64,000 nucleotides of DNA from Deltaproteobacteria bacterium (lineage in GTDB: Bacteria; Desulfobacterota; Binatia; UBA12015), in assembly GCA_046583355.1 (NCBI GenBank), contig JAYGCM010000034.1, positions 1 to 64,000 of the forward strand, written 5' to 3'. Shown here in pieces: positions 40,587-51,090 of this stretch. The first letter of the stretch is position 1; every line of letters begins with the position of its first letter. Both the position numbers and the translations under genes were made by a program. The notes below the pieces were generated by a model, which ran no database searches, had not been told where the DNA came from, and was given only the letters and a program-made list of their open reading frames with translations.

Positions 40587-41600
40587 TCAGGGCCCGCCCT
40601 GCGGTCTCGCCAGACGTCTTTGCCCGATCTGCAAGAAGAGCGCCTCGATCGGTGCCTGCGGGGCAACACCGCGCTTGGCGCGAACATCGATGCGCGCGAG
40701 TTCCTGGATCATCACCAGTAGTTCGCGGCGTCGATAATTCTTCGCTTTCGGTACGACAAAGAAGCCGCGCCCACCGCCGAAGGCTTTCTTGGCTGCCGCT
40801 TCGCCCATCCCCTCATCGAGCAAGGCACGCGCACGCAGCAGAGCGCGGAATTCGCCGGCCATCTCGCCAATCAGAACCTCGGGCGCAGCCCCCTGGCCGA
40901 TCGCGCGGCGCAACTCGACCAGGGCACGCCCCATGCGGCGCTCGCGGATCGCACCCGAGAGCGCAAAGGCCGTGCGTACCCGCTCACCACCGAGCGAGAG
41001 CAGCGCCTCGGCCAATTCGACGCGGTCCTTACCATGGCGCAACGACAGCTTTTCCAGCTCGTTCTCAAGCCGTCCGGTGTCCCCGATGACATATTCAAGC
41101 ACCGCCTCGGCGGCGTCAGGTGCGAGTTTCAGGCCCTTCTCGCCGGCCAGCTTGAAGAGCAGGCTCTTCCATTCAGGGAGCGCCTTACGGGTATCTTTGG
41201 TTTGTGGACCAACCGTCTCGATGCAACCGGCCTTCTTGAGTGCGGCAAAAAGCGTGCGGCGCAGGTCGGGAGATTCCGCCACCAGCAATAAACGCGTATC
41301 GGCGGATACATCAGGACAGAGCAGCAGGAGTTCGCGCTGCACATCATCCTTCAAGCGGTCGACCATACGCAGAACGACCAGGCGTCGGCCCGCCAACGAG
41401 GCCGTTCGCACGGCCGTGCCGATGGCTTCGATATCGGCGCGGTCGCCGTAGAGCACATCGAGCGCGCCGAAGAGCGGGTCTTCGCCGACCCATTCTTTCT
41501 GGATCGTGGCGAGCTGGCGGCCGACCAATACAGGGTCACCGATCAGCAAACGAACGCGTTCGGGGTCGATTTTGCCCTGCGCCGCCTGCTTTTTCGCCAT
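40587..41600 (-). CDS. holA: DNA polymerase III subunit delta
   Basis: RRLVVL, GDTGRLENELEKL; leuS-lptE-holA synteny, convergent with rpsT. Confidence 0.88.
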   Translation of the reverse strand: MAKKQAAQGKIDPERVRLLIGDPVLVGRQLATIQKEWVGEDPLFGALDVLYGDRADIEAIGTAVRTASLAGRRLVVLRMVDRLKDDVQRELLLLCPDVSADTRLLLVAESPDLRRTLFAALKKAGCIETVGPQTKDTRKALPEWKSLLFKLAGEKGLKLAPDAAEAVLEYVIGDTGRLENELEKLSLRHGKDRVELAEALLSLGGERVRTAFALSGAIRERRMGRALVELRRAIGQGAAPEVLIGEMAGEFRALLRARALLDEGMGEAAAKKAFGGGRGFFVVPKAKNYRRRELLVMIQELARIDVRAKRGVAPQAPIEALFLQIGQRRLARPQGGP

Positions 41601-42190
41601 CAGAAATCCTCGACCATCGCGTTATAGAGTTCGCGCGCGAGATTCTCATAGACGCGCTCCAGCGCGCTACCGCGCTGCGATTCGGAAACCTGAACGTCCG
41701 AGAGTTGTTCCAGGTTCGACTCGCTGAGGCGCGATTGTTCTTGGAATTGCGAGGATTGGGTCACCACTGTTTGGGCTACGGCGCCATAGGAATCGTTTTG
41801 AGTGAGGCTATCCAGGCGCCAGACAATCCGTTGCGTCCGCGCATTCTCGAGCCGTGCCGAGATCGTCACGACGGTCTCGTATTGGAGGGCTTCATCACTC
41901 TGCGAGAAGCCCACCGGGCGGATTTCGAGCCGCCGGATCGCGCCGATCAGGATGACATCCGCAGACCCTCCGGAGACAAGCGTGAAATTACCACGGCGCG
42001 CCACCTCGGTCTCGAAGGCTCTCTGCAGGCCGTTGACCAAGCCCGGCTCCTGGGTCGTGTTGGTAAAGGCGCGCACATGAATCCGGGTGCCGCCGCCAGG
42101 TAGCGTGCTCGCACCACCGGGGAAATGATAGCCGCAGCCCGCAACCAACCCCAGAACGAGGCCGACGAAAAGGCCCCGCCCGGAGTTCAT
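41600..42190 (-). CDS. lptE: LPS assembly lipoprotein LptE family
   Basis: Lipobox [18 protein letters not shown]; between leuS and holA. Confidence 0.88.
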   Translation of the reverse strand: MNSGRGLFVGLVLGLVAGCGYHFPGGASTLPGGGTRIHVRAFTNTTQEPGLVNGLQRAFETEVARRGNFTLVSGGSADVILIGAIRRLEIRPVGFSQSDEALQYETVVTISARLENARTQRIVWRLDSLTQNDSYGAVAQTVVTQSSQFQEQSRLSESNLEQLSDVQVSESQRGSALERVYENLARELYNAMVEDF

Positions 42191-45100
42191 CCGATCACCA
42201 CGTTCACCAGACGCCCGGGCACGACGATCACCTTGCGGATCTCTTTGCCGTCCAGATCGGCTGCCACCCGCTCATGCTTGCGGCCAGCGGCCTCAAGCTC
42301 TTCGCGACTGATCCCGGCGGCGGCAGCAAAACGATCGCGCACCTTGCCGTTGATCTGCAGGACGATTTCGATTGTGTCCTGCACAAGCGCGGCCTCGGAC
42401 CAGACCGGCCAGCCCGCATCGAAGATACTGCCCTCGCCCCCGAGCCAGGCGTGCATCTCCTCGGCGAGGTGCGGCGCAAAGGGTGCCAATAACTGCACGA
42501 AGCCACCGATAGCCGCGGCATAAGCGGGCGAGAGGGTATCGCGAGCGGCCCGATTTTTTTGCAGATAATTGAGGAACTCCATCAAGGCGGCAATGGCCGT
42601 ATTGAAGGCCAATTTCTCGAGGTCCTGCGATACCTTCTGCACCGCAAGGTGCAATGCCCGCACCAGGTCGGCCTCGGCCTCAGCCTCACCGGCCAAGGCC
42701 GCCGCGATGGCACCCGCCTCATCGCGGCGCAGCGCCACCAGGGTATCGCGGTCGTTGCCGACCAGCACGGTGATACGGCTGAGGAAGCGCTCGGCACCAC
42801 CAACGCCCTCGTCGCTCCACTCCATATTGTTTTCGGGAGGGGCCGCGAAGAGAATCGTGATGCGCGCCACATCCGAGCCATGCTCGCGGATGAAGGGACC
42901 CATCGGCACACCGTTGCCCGAGCTTTTGCTCATGGTGACCGGACCGCTACGGGCGAAAAGCGCGCCGTCCTCTTCGACCAGGCGCTGGCTCGCGCCGCGC
43001 AGCGCTGCTTCCATCGCCTCGCGCGACATCTCGGCATCTTCGAGGCCGACGGATTTGCAAAGCGCTTCCGGTGCGCGCAGGCGCCCGTCGGCGAGCACCT
43101 CGAGCGGCGTCACGACACGGCGCTGGACCATGCCCTGGGTAAAGAGCGCGTGAAAGGGTTCGTCTTGCGGAACCAGGCCCTCGTCAAAAAGAACCTTGGT
43201 GATGAAGCGCGAATAAAGAAGGTGAAGAATCGAGTGCTCGACGCCGCCAATATATTGATCGACCGGCATCCAGCGCTCAATCGCCTCGGTCGAGAAGATC
43301 GCATCCTGGTTGCGCGCATCCGCGTAGCGCAGGAAATACCACGACGAGTCGACGAAGGTATCCATCGTATCGGTATCTCGCAGAGCGAGCCCACCGGTTT
43401 CGGGGTCCTTGGCGTTGACGAACTCCGGAACCGACGCCAGCGGCGAGCGGCCACGCGGCAGATAATCGTCGATCTCCGGCAGGCGCACAGGCAACTGGTC
43501 TTCGGGTACCGGCACGATGGTGCCGTCCGGGCGATGCAGCATGGGAATTGGAGTGCCCCAATAGCGCTGCCGACTCACCAGCCAATCACGTAGGCGGTAG
43601 GTGACCTTGGGGCGTCCGAGGCCATCGGCTAAAAGGCGCTCGACGATGGCCTCACCCGCCGCACCATTGGCCTGTCCGTCCCATTCGCCGGAATTGACCA
43701 GAACGCCCTCGCCCGTCCAGGCTTCCTCGGGGTGATCGCTCGGCGTCTCGCCCGCGGGGACAATGACGGTAACGATGGGAATGTCGAATTTCCGCGCGAA
43801 TGCGAAATCACGCTCATCATGCGCCGGTACCGCCATGATCGCGCCCGTGCCGTAGCCCGTCAGAACATAATCGGCGACCCAGACGGGCACCTCGCGGCCG
43901 TTTACCGGGTTGCTACAGAAGGCGCCTGTGAAAACGCCGGTCTTTTCGCGATCGAGATTTTGCCGCTCGATATCGCTACGCCGCGCAGCGGCCGCGATAT
44001 ACTCGTCCATCTCGACGCGCTGGCTCTCCGTGGTCAGGCGGGCCACCAGCGGATGCTCGGGGGCGAGCACGACGAAAGTCGCCCCACCGAGCGTATCGGG
44101 CCGTGTCGTGAAGACGGTGATATTGTCGGTCTCGCCTTCGAGTCGGAACTCGACCTCGGCGCCCTCGCTGCGACCGATCCAATTGCGCTGCATCGCACGG
44201 ACCTTCTCGGGCCAGCCCTTGAGCTTGTCGAGGTCGTCCAGAAGCCGGTCGGCGTAATCCGTAATGCGGAAGAACCATTGTTCGAGCTCGCGTTTCTCGA
44301 CCAACGCGCCGCTGCGCCAGCTCCGCCCCTGCGCGTCTACCTGCTCATTTGCCAACACGGTCTGATCGACCGGATCCCAATTCACGGTCGCCTTGGCGCG
44401 ATAGGCAAGCCCGCGACGGTAGAGAAGAAGGAAAAGCCATTGCGTCCAGCGGTAATATTCGGGCTCGCAGGTGGTGACCTCGCGGTCCCATTCGTACATG
44501 ATTCCCGCGGCTTCCAAAGAAGCCTTGGACTCGGCAATATTCGCCAAGGTCCAATCGCGTGGGGCACGGCCGGTCTTGATCGCCGCGTTCTCGGCGGGCA
44601 GGCCGAAAGCATCCCAGCCGAAGGGATGCAGCACGTCATAGCCCTGCATCACATAATAGCGGGCCAGCGAGTCGCCGATATAATAATTTTTGCCGTGACC
44701 CATATGGAGGTCACCGCTCGGGTAGGGGAACATTTCGAGCACGAAGCGCTGCTCTGCACCGGCGCGGCGCCCGCTGCGGAAGATGCCCTGCTCACGCCAC
44801 ATCTTCTGCCAGCCCGCCTCGATCGAGGCGTCGAAGCGGAACCTCTCTTTTTCGGCCACCGGCGGCATCTCCTGGTTCTCGTCCGTCGGAGTCGGAGTCG
44901 TGACCGTAGCCGTGGACTCGGCTTGGTCTTTTTTCCTGCTCTTCGCGATTCCGTCCAGCACGCCATTAACGAATTTCGGCGATTCGTCACCGCAAAAATC
45001 CTTGGCGAGTCGGATCGCTTCATCGATTACGACGGCCGCAGGCGGCGGCTTTTCGCCGAGCAATTCGGCGACCGCCAGGCGCAGGATCTGGGCATCCATC

Positions 45101-45372
45101 CGGGCCATTCGCTCGAGGCGCCAGCGCGCGCCCGAACTCTCGATGCGGGCATCGATCTTCTCGCGGTCGGCCGATACTTGCGCCACCAGGCGCGCGGCGC
45201 GCGCGAGCAAGGCCGGGTCGTCGCCTGCCGCGCTCGACTCTTCGTCTTCGTCGGTGAGGTGCAAGGCCGTTTCCAAGGCAGACTCAGCATCCGCTCCGGC
45301 GATATCCATCTGGTAGAGCGCCTGGACCGCCAATCGGCGGGCCTGACGTCGTAACTCCACGCTTTCTCCCAC
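42187..45372 (-). CDS. leuS: NusB-leucyl-tRNA synthetase fusion
   Basis: One frame: NusB ([54 protein letters not shown]), Thr/Pro linker, then LeuRS ([57 protein letters not shown]). Start GTG 45372 or 45360. Confidence 0.93.
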   Translation of the reverse strand: MGESVELRRQARRLAVQALYQMDIAGADAESALETALHLTDEDEESSAAGDDPALLARAARLVAQVSADREKIDARIESSGARWRLERMARMDAQILRLAVAELLGEKPPPAAVVIDEAIRLAKDFCGDESPKFVNGVLDGIAKSRKKDQAESTATVTTPTPTDENQEMPPVAEKERFRFDASIEAGWQKMWREQGIFRSGRRAGAEQRFVLEMFPYPSGDLHMGHGKNYYIGDSLARYYVMQGYDVLHPFGWDAFGLPAENAAIKTGRAPRDWTLANIAESKASLEAAGIMYEWDREVTTCEPEYYRWTQWLFLLLYRRGLAYRAKATVNWDPVDQTVLANEQVDAQGRSWRSGALVEKRELEQWFFRITDYADRLLDDLDKLKGWPEKVRAMQRNWIGRSEGAEVEFRLEGETDNITVFTTRPDTLGGATFVVLAPEHPLVARLTTESQRVEMDEYIAAAARRSDIERQNLDREKTGVFTGAFCSNPVNGREVPVWVADYVLTGYGTGAIMAVPAHDERDFAFARKFDIPIVTVIVPAGETPSDHPEEAWTGEGVLVNSGEWDGQANGAAGEAIVERLLADGLGRPKVTYRLRDWLVSRQRYWGTPIPMLHRPDGTIVPVPEDQLPVRLPEIDDYLPRGRSPLASVPEFVNAKDPETGGLALRDTDTMDTFVDSSWYFLRYADARNQDAIFSTEAIERWMPVDQYIGGVEHSILHLLYSRFITKVLFDEGLVPQDEPFHALFTQGMVQRRVVTPLEVLADGRLRAPEALCKSVGLEDAEMSREAMEAALRGASQRLVEEDGALFARSGPVTMSKSSGNGVPMGPFIREHGSDVARITILFAAPPENNMEWSDEGVGGAERFLSRITVLVGNDRDTLVALRRDEAGAIAAALAGEAEAEADLVRALHLAVQKVSQDLEKLAFNTAIAALMEFLNYLQKNRAARDTLSPAYAAAIGGFVQLLAPFAPHLAEEMHAWLGGEGSIFDAGWPVWSEAALVQDTIEIVLQINGKVRDRFAAAAGISREELEAAGRKHERVAADLDGKEIRKVIVVPGRLVNVVIG

Positions 45373-45376
45373 GATC

Positions 45377-45853
45377 CTACTCCCGCGACTCGATGGTGCG
45401 CAGCAGGCCGACCATCTCAAGCGCGGTCACCGCGGCGTCATAGCCCTTATTGCCGTGCCCGGCACCGGCGCGTGCCAATGCCTGCTCCATCGTATCGGTG
45501 GTCAGCACACCAAAGGCGATGGCGACGCAATGGCGCGACGAGATATCGTTCACGCCTCGGCTCACTTCACGCGAAATATAGTCAAAATGCGGCGTCTCGC
45601 CGCGCACAACAGCGCCCAGGCAAAGGATCGCATCGTAGTGGCCGCGCCGCGCGCAGGCCTCGGCCGCTACCGTGATCTCGAAAGCTCCGGGGACATGGAA
45701 AACATCGATTGATTCGGGATCTGCGCCTTTTTCAATCAATGCCTCGGTCGCGCCATCGAGAAGCGCGCCAGTGACCGCACGGTTGAAGCGCGCGACAACA
45801 ATCGCAAAACGCCCGCCCGATGCATCGACGCTGCCTATAAACTCCTGGCTCAC
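45377..45853 (-). CDS. ribH: 6,7-dimethyl-8-ribityllumazine synthase
   Basis: [33 protein letters not shown]. Confidence 0.97.
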   Translation of the reverse strand: MSQEFIGSVDASGGRFAIVVARFNRAVTGALLDGATEALIEKGADPESIDVFHVPGAFEITVAAEACARRGHYDAILCLGAVVRGETPHFDYISREVSRGVNDISSRHCVAIAFGVLTTDTMEQALARAGAGHGNKGYDAAVTALEMVGLLRTIESRE

Positions 45854-47088
45854 GAGCCATCCCCCTTTTCCTGCGCGATCGACTCGGGCAGGTCTGTCAG
45901 CATATGGCCCAACTTTTCCTGCTTGGTGCGCAGGTAGGCGAGGTTCCCCGAATGGGCCTTGACCTGCAGCGGCACGCGCGCCTGCACGCGGATTCCGTGG
46001 CCTTCCAGACCTTCGATTTTACGCACATTATTGGTCATCAGCCGCACCTCCGAGACCCCCAGATCGCGCAAGATCTGAGCCGAGATGCCGTAGTCCCGCG
46101 GGTCTTCGCGGAAGCCGAGTTCGAGGTTCGCCTCGACCGTATCGCGACCCTGGTCCTGCAGAGCATAGGCGCGGATCTTGTTGGCCAGGCCGATGCCGCG
46201 GCCTTCCTGGTGCAGATAAACAATCACACCGGCGCCGGCGGCATTGATCTCGCGCACCGCGACTTCGAGTTGTTCGCCGCAATCACAGCGCCGCGAGCCC
46301 AGCACATCGCCTGTCAGGCATTGCGAATGCACCCGCACCAGAGGCACATCGCCCTTGAGCGTGCCGCAGACCAGCGCGAGATGTTCGGTATCGTCGATTT
46401 TATTGCGGTAGGCGACGGCACGGAAATGCCCGCCAAAGGCCGAATCGAGTTTGATCTCGTCGAGGCGCTCGACAAGGAGCTCATGGCGCAGGCGATGTTG
46501 CACGACCGCCTCTACGCTGACCACCACCAACTTATGGCGGGCGGCAAACTCCATCAGCCCCGAACCCGTGGCGACCTCGCCTTCCTGGTCCAATACCGTG
46601 CAGGTTGCCGCGGCCGGAGAAAGCGCGGCAAGGCGGGCCAGGTCAAGCGCAGCCTCGGTACGTCCGGGCCTTTCCAATACACCGCCCTCGGCGGCCTGGA
46701 TCGGCAATACATGGCCCGGCATCACGATATCGGCGGCGCCGCTGCGCGGATCAATTGCCGTGCGTATCGTGACCGCGCGATCCGCAGCCGAGATGCCCGT
46801 CGTCACGCCACGCCGCGCCTCGAAGGAGGTGCCGTAGGCAACCGACTCATCAGCTACCCGGTCGGCCGCAAGGAGCGGAATACCGAGGCGCGCCATGGCC
46901 GCCGGCAGCAAGGGCATGCAGACCAGGCCACGGGCCTCTACCGCCATGAAGCTCACATGCTCCTCGAGGGTACGATCCGCCGCGACGCAGAGATCGCCGG
47001 CGGTAGGCGCGGCGGCATCATCTACGACCAGGATCATCTTGCCCTCGCGCAACGCGGCAACGGCGCTATCGAGATTATCTGTTGTCAT
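45850..47088 (-). CDS. ribBA: RibBA-type protein: intact GTP cyclohydrolase II, degenerate DHBP synthase domain
   Basis: RibA motifs RVHSQCLTGD..RCDCG, QEGRGIGL, RDYG and TNN are intact. The RibB half reads DDAAAPTAGD, GRTEA and TCTV. Confidence 0.9.
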   Translation of the reverse strand: MTTDNLDSAVAALREGKMILVVDDAAAPTAGDLCVAADRTLEEHVSFMAVEARGLVCMPLLPAAMARLGIPLLAADRVADESVAYGTSFEARRGVTTGISAADRAVTIRTAIDPRSGAADIVMPGHVLPIQAAEGGVLERPGRTEAALDLARLAALSPAAATCTVLDQEGEVATGSGLMEFAARHKLVVVSVEAVVQHRLRHELLVERLDEIKLDSAFGGHFRAVAYRNKIDDTEHLALVCGTLKGDVPLVRVHSQCLTGDVLGSRRCDCGEQLEVAVREINAAGAGVIVYLHQEGRGIGLANKIRAYALQDQGRDTVEANLELGFREDPRDYGISAQILRDLGVSEVRLMTNNVRKIEGLEGHGIRVQARVPLQVKAHSGNLAYLRTKQEKLGHMLTDLPESIAQEKGDGS

Positions 47089-48214
47089 GGCCCTTCTTCC
47101 GTCCTGGTCGCGAAGGCCGTCCGCGGTGCAGCAGATCGCGCCCCACCAACTCGACCTGATGATCTTCCAGCACCACCGCCGCTGCGGGGTTGCTGATTCC
47201 GAATCCATCGATCATCGCCTTGCCGTCGCCTCCAATTATCAGGGGTGCCTGGAAGCACGCCAGTTCATCGACGTGGCCTCCGCGCAGGAACTCCGCAGCG
47301 ATCGCCGCGCCCCCCTCCACCAGTACCGAAAGCAGACCACGATTGCCCAAATGGCGCAGCAGGCTGCCCAGATCGACCCGGCCGCGCCGCGTCGCGACCC
47401 GCAGCACCTCCGCTCCGGCAGCCTCCAGGCGGGCGGCAGCGACGGCGGATGCCGTGCGCGTCGTGGCGATCAGAACCGCGCCACGCCCAGCGGAGAAGAT
47501 CCGCGCATCGGGCGGCGTGCGCAGCCGGCTATCGACAATGATGCGTAGCGGGTCCCGGCCGCGTGCGATGCGGCAATTCAGCGCAGGGTCATCGGCCAGG
47601 ACAGTACCGATGCCAACCAAGACGGCGTCCATTTCATTGCGCCAGCGATGGCCCTGTCGCCGTGCTTCGGGGCCGGTAATCCAGCGCGAGGCACCCCCGT
47701 GCGCGGCGATTTTCCCGTCCAAAGAAGTCGCCAACTTGAGCCGCACAAAGGGCAAGCCGGTAGTGATATGGCGGCGAAAATAGGCGATCAGCTGATCGCT
47801 CGCGGCCGACTCGTCGCCGACTTCGACCTCGATCCCAGCGCGGCGCAGCAGACGCAAGCCACGGCCGCGAACCGCCGGGTTCGGGTCCACCGAACCGACG
47901 ACCACGCGAGCAATCCCGGCCGCCTGCACACGCGGCGCACAGGCCGGCGTGCGACCCTCGACGGTACAAGGCTCAAGCGTACAATAAAGAGTGGCGCCCC
48001 GGGCCTTGTCGCCGGCTTGCGCAAGCGCGATGGCCTCGGCATGCCCGGCACCGGCGCGGCGGTGGTAGCCCTCGCCCACCACCCGACCGGCGCGCACGAT
48101 GACGGCACCGACCGGCGGGTTCGGGCTGGTACGGCCAAGGCCGCGGCGCGCCAATTCGAGCGCGCGCCCGAGGAAGCGGAGATCGCGCTCCTTCTGGCGG
48201 TTCCCGGAGGCCAC
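47075..48214 (-). CDS. ribD: Bifunctional pyrimidine deaminase/reductase RibD
   Basis: PNPPVGAV, HAE, TLEPC..GRTPAC, SLDGK, DDPAL, VEGG. Confidence 0.96.
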   Translation of the reverse strand: MASGNRQKERDLRFLGRALELARRGLGRTSPNPPVGAVIVRAGRVVGEGYHRRAGAGHAEAIALAQAGDKARGATLYCTLEPCTVEGRTPACAPRVQAAGIARVVVGSVDPNPAVRGRGLRLLRRAGIEVEVGDESAASDQLIAYFRRHITTGLPFVRLKLATSLDGKIAAHGGASRWITGPEARRQGHRWRNEMDAVLVGIGTVLADDPALNCRIARGRDPLRIIVDSRLRTPPDARIFSAGRGAVLIATTRTASAVAAARLEAAGAEVLRVATRRGRVDLGSLLRHLGNRGLLSVLVEGGAAIAAEFLRGGHVDELACFQAPLIIGGDGKAMIDGFGISNPAAAVVLEDHQVELVGRDLLHRGRPSRPGRKKGHDNR

Positions 48215-48216
48215 GA

Positions 48217-48723
48217 TTATGAGCGCGCGGGGCGCCGCTTTTTGCGCACAGGGGCACGCGTAGTTTTGCGACGGTCCTGGAGCAGGTCCTGCAGCTCGCT
48301 CATGAACTCGTCGATATCCTGGAAGGAACGGTACACGGACGCGAAGCGGACATAGGCGACCGTATCGAGTTCGTGCAAGGCCTTCATCACGGCCTCGCCA
48401 ATGACCGAACTCGGCACCTCTTTCTCGCCCATTTCGAGCAGCGAGCGGGCAATCCGGTCGGCGGTCGCTTCGATATCATCGACCGGCACCGGCCGCTTCT
48501 CGCACGCCTTCAACAGGCCATCGAGAAGTTTGCGACGGTCGAAGGATTCGCGGCGATCATCTTTTTTGACGATCGCCGGAAGGTTCTCTTCGACCCGCTC
48601 GTAGGTCGTGAAGCGCCGGCCGCAAGGATCACATTCGCGACGCCGCCGAATCACGTCGCCGTCTTTACCGAGTCGCGAATCGACGACCCGATTATTCAGG
48701 TCTCGACACCCCGGGCACTTCAA
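48217..48723 (-). CDS. nrdR: Transcriptional repressor NrdR
   Basis: KCPGC, VVDSR, RRRREC..C..RFTTYE, ATP cone, [13 protein letters not shown] overlap with the glyA stop. Confidence 0.96.
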   Translation of the reverse strand: MKCPGCRDLNNRVVDSRLGKDGDVIRRRRECDPCGRRFTTYERVEENLPAIVKKDDRRESFDRRKLLDGLLKACEKRPVPVDDIEATADRIARSLLEMGEKEVPSSVIGEAVMKALHELDTVAYVRFASVYRSFQDIDEFMSELQDLLQDRRKTTRAPVRKKRRPARS

Positions 48724-49985
48724 GAGCCTACTCGTGCCCCTGGATAGAGGGGAAATTGACGGCAAAGTTCGGTGGTTTCCTGGGCGATTGCGGCAAGCGC
48801 CTTGGCGTCGCCCACGCTACCGAGAGCCCGCGTGATCAGCTCCGCGATGGTGTCCATCTCGGCGGTACCCATACCGCGCGAAGTGATCGTCGGCGTTCCC
48901 AATCGCACGCCACTGGTCACGAAGGGCGAGCGGGTCTCGAAGGGCACAGTATTTCTATTTGTCGTGATGCGCGCCTCGTCGAGCGTTTCCTGGGCGACCT
49001 TGCCGGTCATATCCGAGCCCGTGAAATCGATCAGGAGGAGGTGGTTGTCGGTCCCGCCCGACACCAACCGGAACCCCCGCTGGATCAGGCCCGCGGCAAG
49101 CGCGCGGGCATTGTCGACGATTTGTTGCTGGTAGGCGCGGAATTCTTCGGTAGCTGCTTCCTTGAGCGCCACGGCTTTGGCCGCGATCACGTGCATCAGG
49201 GGGCCGCCCTGGTTGCCCGGGAAGACCGAACTATTCGTGCGCTTGGCCTCGTCCATGCGGCCCAGGATCAAACCGCCACGCGGTCCGCGTAGAGTTTTAT
49301 GGGTCGTCGTCGTCACCAGGTCGGCATACGGAACCGGTGATGGATGGATGCCAGCGGCCACCAGGCCGGCAAAATGCGCCATATCCACAAAAAGCTTGGC
49401 ACCACATTCGTCGGCCGCCGCGCGCAGAGCCGCGAAATCGAGCTCACGCGGGTAGGCGCTATGACCGCCAACCACCAGTTTCGGGCGATGCTCACGCGCG
49501 AGACGCCGCACCTCATCATAGTCGATGCGCTGATCTTCTTCGCGCACACCATAGGGCACCACGTTGAAGAATTTTCCCGAAAAATTCACCGGGCTGCCAT
49601 GCGTCAGGTGGCCGCCATGAGTCAGGTTCATCGCGAGAATCGTGTCGCCAGGCTCCAGCTGCGAGAAGTACACAGCCATATTGGCCTGTGAACCCGAATG
49701 CGGCTGTACGTTGGCGAAGTCCGCACCGAAGAGCTCTATGGCCCGATCGATGGCGATCTGCTCGACCACGTCGACATGCTCGCAGCCGCCGTAATAGCGC
49801 TTCCCCGGCAGTCCCTCAGCGTATTTATTGGTCAGGACCGAACCCTGCGCCTCCAATACCGCGCGGCTGACGGCGTTCTCAGACGGGATCAGCTCGAGGT
49901 TATCCTCCTGTCGCTGCGCCTCGCGATCGATGGCGGCCGCGATATCGGGATCGGCCTCGTGCAGACCTGTCTGAGAAATACTCAC
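48720..49985 (-). CDS. glyA: Serine hydroxymethyltransferase
   Basis: [44 protein letters not shown]. Confidence 0.98.
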   Translation of the reverse strand: MSISQTGLHEADPDIAAAIDREAQRQEDNLELIPSENAVSRAVLEAQGSVLTNKYAEGLPGKRYYGGCEHVDVVEQIAIDRAIELFGADFANVQPHSGSQANMAVYFSQLEPGDTILAMNLTHGGHLTHGSPVNFSGKFFNVVPYGVREEDQRIDYDEVRRLAREHRPKLVVGGHSAYPRELDFAALRAAADECGAKLFVDMAHFAGLVAAGIHPSPVPYADLVTTTTHKTLRGPRGGLILGRMDEAKRTNSSVFPGNQGGPLMHVIAAKAVALKEAATEEFRAYQQQIVDNARALAAGLIQRGFRLVSGGTDNHLLLIDFTGSDMTGKVAQETLDEARITTNRNTVPFETRSPFVTSGVRLGTPTITSRGMGTAEMDTIAELITRALGSVGDAKALAAIAQETTELCRQFPLYPGARVGS

Positions 49986-50218
49986 GTATTTGCTTCGATG
50001 TAGGTGACGATATCGCCAACCGTGCGGATTTTTTCCGCGTCCTCATCAGAGATCTCGAGGTCGTATTCCTCTTCGAGTGCCATCACCAATTCGACGATAT
50101 CGAGCGAGTCCGCGCCGAGATCCTCGATGAACGAGGCGTTTGCCGCCACTTCATCTTCTGCGACACCGAGTTGCTCACAGACGATTTCCTTGATTTTTCC
50201 TTCAACCTCAGAAGCCAT
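49982..50218 (-). CDS. acpP: Acyl carrier protein
   Basis: [13 protein letters not shown]...[18 protein letters not shown]. Confidence 0.97.
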   Translation of the reverse strand: MASEVEGKIKEIVCEQLGVAEDEVAANASFIEDLGADSLDIVELVMALEEEYDLEISDEDAEKIRTVGDIVTYIEANT

Positions 50219-50328
50219 AATTTGGTTCCCCTCCCTCTTGAATGGTCCAGATTTCCGAACGTTTAACGAGTTGCCAGCAGGCATGCCACCGGCGCGACGG
50301 CACCGCGCAGGCGCGCAGAGACCCCCGC

Positions 50329-51090
50329 TCAGACATACATACCGCCGTTTACGGCAAGTACATGCCCCGTGATGTAGCCCGAATCCTTGCCGGCCAGAAA
50401 TCCGACCGCACGGGCGACTTCTTGCGTGGTCCCCAGGCGTCCGAGCGGAATTCCGAGAAGGTAGGCCGCGCGAGCTTCTTCGGGCAGCGCAAGGGTCATT
50501 TCCGTATCGATCAGACCCGGCGCAACCGCGTTGACGGTGATGGCGCGCGAGGCGAATTCGCGGGCCATCGAACGCGTCATCCCCTCGAGCCCGGCCTTGG
50601 TCGCCGCATAGGCCACCTGCCCCGCGTTGCCCATCGAGGCCACCACCGAGGTCACATTGACGATGCGCCCGTAGCGCGCGCGCATCATGCTGCGCGCGGC
50701 GGCCTTGGAGCATGCGAAGGCACCGCTGAGGTTCACCGCGAGGATCTTCTCCCAATCCTCGCTTTTGTAGCGCAGCACCAAGCCGTCGCGCGCGATGCCC
50801 GCGTTATTCACCAGAATCTCGAGGCTACCGCGCGCCTTGGCAAAGGCGCGCACGGCGTCACCGGCGGCTTTGCCGCTGCCGACATCGAAGGGAACCAACT
50901 CGCCAGCTCCGCCGACGGCGTGGATCTCGGCCAAAGCCTCCTTGGCCGCCGCTTCGTTGGACACAAAATTCACGCCGACCCAGGCTCCACGCTCCGCCAA
51001 CTCAACGGCGATGGCGCGGCCGATGCCGCGCGATGCCCCGGTAACCAAGGCGGTCTGCCCTGCGAGGTCTTGCTGCCTTGCCACGCTCAT
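50329..51090 (-). CDS. fabG: 3-oxoacyl-ACP reductase
   Basis: [34 protein letters not shown]. Confidence 0.96.
   Translation of the reverse strand: MSVARQQDLAGQTALVTGASRGIGRAIAVELAERGAWVGVNFVSNEAAAKEALAEIHAVGGAGELVPFDVGSGKAAGDAVRAFAKARGSLEILVNNAGIARDGLVLRYKSEDWEKILAVNLSGAFACSKAAARSMMRARYGRIVNVTSVVASMGNAGQVAYAATKAGLEGMTRSMAREFASRAITVNAVAPGLIDTEMTLALPEEARAAYLLGIPLGRLGTTQEVARAVGFLAGKDSGYITGHVLAVNGGMYV

Noticed and set aside
44925..44940. A6 run at the NusB-linker junction as a programmed frameshift releasing free NusB
   Set aside because: Codon phase is AGG AAA AAA GAC, not A AAA AAG, and neither shifted frame has a nearby stop.
49982..50755. 257-aa ORF ending in ACP (apparent fusion)
   Set aside because: The upstream part overlaps fabG out of frame; acpP has its own SD and ATG at 50218.
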